Source: Malacoraja senta (Eukaryota). From it: a stretch of 64,000 nucleotides of DNA. A model generated the notes under the pieces. That model worked only from the letters and a program-made list of their open reading frames with translations, was not told the DNA's origin and did not search any database. The position numbers were made by a program, and so were the translations under genes. The stretch is from contig CM075991.1 of assembly GCA_038087875.1 (NCBI GenBank), positions 6,822,001 to 6,886,000 on the forward strand, in the 5' to 3' direction. Positions 62,823 through 64,000 of the stretch are shown piece after piece. Each line of letters begins with the position of its first letter. The first letter of the stretch is position 1.

Positions 62823-62894
62823 GTTCTCCAGTGATGCTGCCCGACCTGCTGAGTTACTTCAGCACTTTGTGCCTTTTTTTTTCCTTTTCTAACT

Positions 62895-63912
62895 CTTGGA
62901 TGTAAAAGATCTCCTGGCACTGTTTCAAAAAATGAACCGAATGTTGTTCCGTGTGCACCTGACAATTTATCCTGAACAGCTACTTTCTAAAGAATATCCA
63001 GTTTCTTATCGAAGGCAGACACAAAATGCTGGAGTAACTCAGCAGGACAGGCAGCATCTCTGGAGAGAAGGAATGGGTGACGTTTTGGGTCGAGACCCTT
63101 CTTCAGACTGGTGTCAGGGGAGTGGGCGGAACAGAGATAGAATGTAGTCAGAGACTGGTCGGAGAACTGGGAAGGGGAAGGGGATGGAGAGAGAGGGACA
63201 GCAAGGGCTATTTGAAGTTAGAGAAGTTAATGTTCATACCGCTGGGGTGTAAGCTACCCAAGCGAAATATGAGGTACAATTTGTGCTGGACCTCATTCTG
63301 ACAATGGAGGAGGCCCAGGACAGAGAGGTCAGATTGGGACTGGGAGGGGGGAGTTCAAGTGCTGGGCCAACGGGAGATCAGGTAGGTTAAGGCGGACTGA
63401 GCGGAGGTGTTCAGCGAAACGATCACCGAGCCTGCGCTTGGTCTTGCCGATGTACGGAAGTTGACACCTGGAACAGCGGATACAGTAGATGAGGTTGGAG
63501 GAGGTGCAAGTGAACCTCTGCCTCACCTGAAAAGGCTGTCGGGGTCCTTGGATGGGCGTGGGAAAGGGACAAGTGTTGCATCTCCTGCGGTTGCAGGGGA
63601 AAGTACCTGAGGAGGGGGTGGTTTGGGTGGGAAGGGATGAGTTGACCAGGGAGTTGCGAAGGGAATGGTCTCTGCAGAAAGCAGAAAGGGGTGGAGATGG
63701 GAAGATGTGACCAGTAGTGGGATCCTGTTGGAGGTGGCGAAAGTGTTGGACCCAAAACGTCACCCATTCCTGCTCTCCAGTGATGCTGCCTGTCCTGCCG
63801 AGTTACTCCAGCATTTTGTATCTACCTTCAATTTAAACCAGCATCTGCAGTTCTTTCCTACACTTCCAGTTTCTTATCATCAGTTTGTGGGACTTTGCAT
63901 CATGCAAAACAT
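62895..63912 (+). mobile_element. Deu-domain SINE split by a Penelope-like insertion
   Basis: ggatgtaaaagatctcctggcactgtttc...aatttatcc before the insertion and tttgtgggactttgc after it. Confidence 0.55.
63011..63864 (-). mobile_element. Penelope-like element: GIY-YIG endonuclease fragment + 3' arm, with an inverted second arm
   Basis: C..RRCNTC...FTCTSSNLIYCIRCSRCQLPYIGKTKRRLGDRFAEH; 14-bp TSD tccagtttcttatc at 62997-63010 and 63865-63878. Confidence 0.92.
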
Positions 63913-64000
63913 TTGATGTATTTTCTATGTGGACGAAGGAACTGCAAGTGTTGGTTTATACCAAAGATAGACACAAAATGCTGGAGCAACTCAGTGGGTC

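Overview
Vertebrate genomic DNA, most likely a cartilaginous fish (skate or ray). This is inferred from the repeat content: V-SINE/HE1-type SINEs, Deu-domain SINEs, and CR1, Rex1 and Penelope families. No complete host gene is present. The first ~14 kb is visibly CpG-rich. It holds a GC/CCAAT promoter and three candidate minus-strand ATG-bearing exons that all end in phase 1, probably the 5' end of an unidentified gene running off the left edge. The remaining ~50 kb is repeat-dense intergenic or intronic DNA: CR1, L1, Rex1/Babar, Vingi-like and Penelope-like retroelements, a near-intact Tc1, a Harbinger MITE, a solo LTR and many SINEs. Two candidate self-cleaving RNA systems stand out. (1) A ~140-bp SINE-like element in two copies begins exactly at G1 of a 54-nt minimal HDV/CPEB3-like ribozyme fold and ends in an (AAG)n tail; a Vingi-like LINE in the window is a plausible partner. 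(2) Dozens of short Penelope-derived repeats carry a minimal hammerhead with a loop-less palindromic helix III, are often inserted as TSD-flanked inverted pairs, and repeatedly host other transposons. All structures were read by eye; no folding or database search was run.
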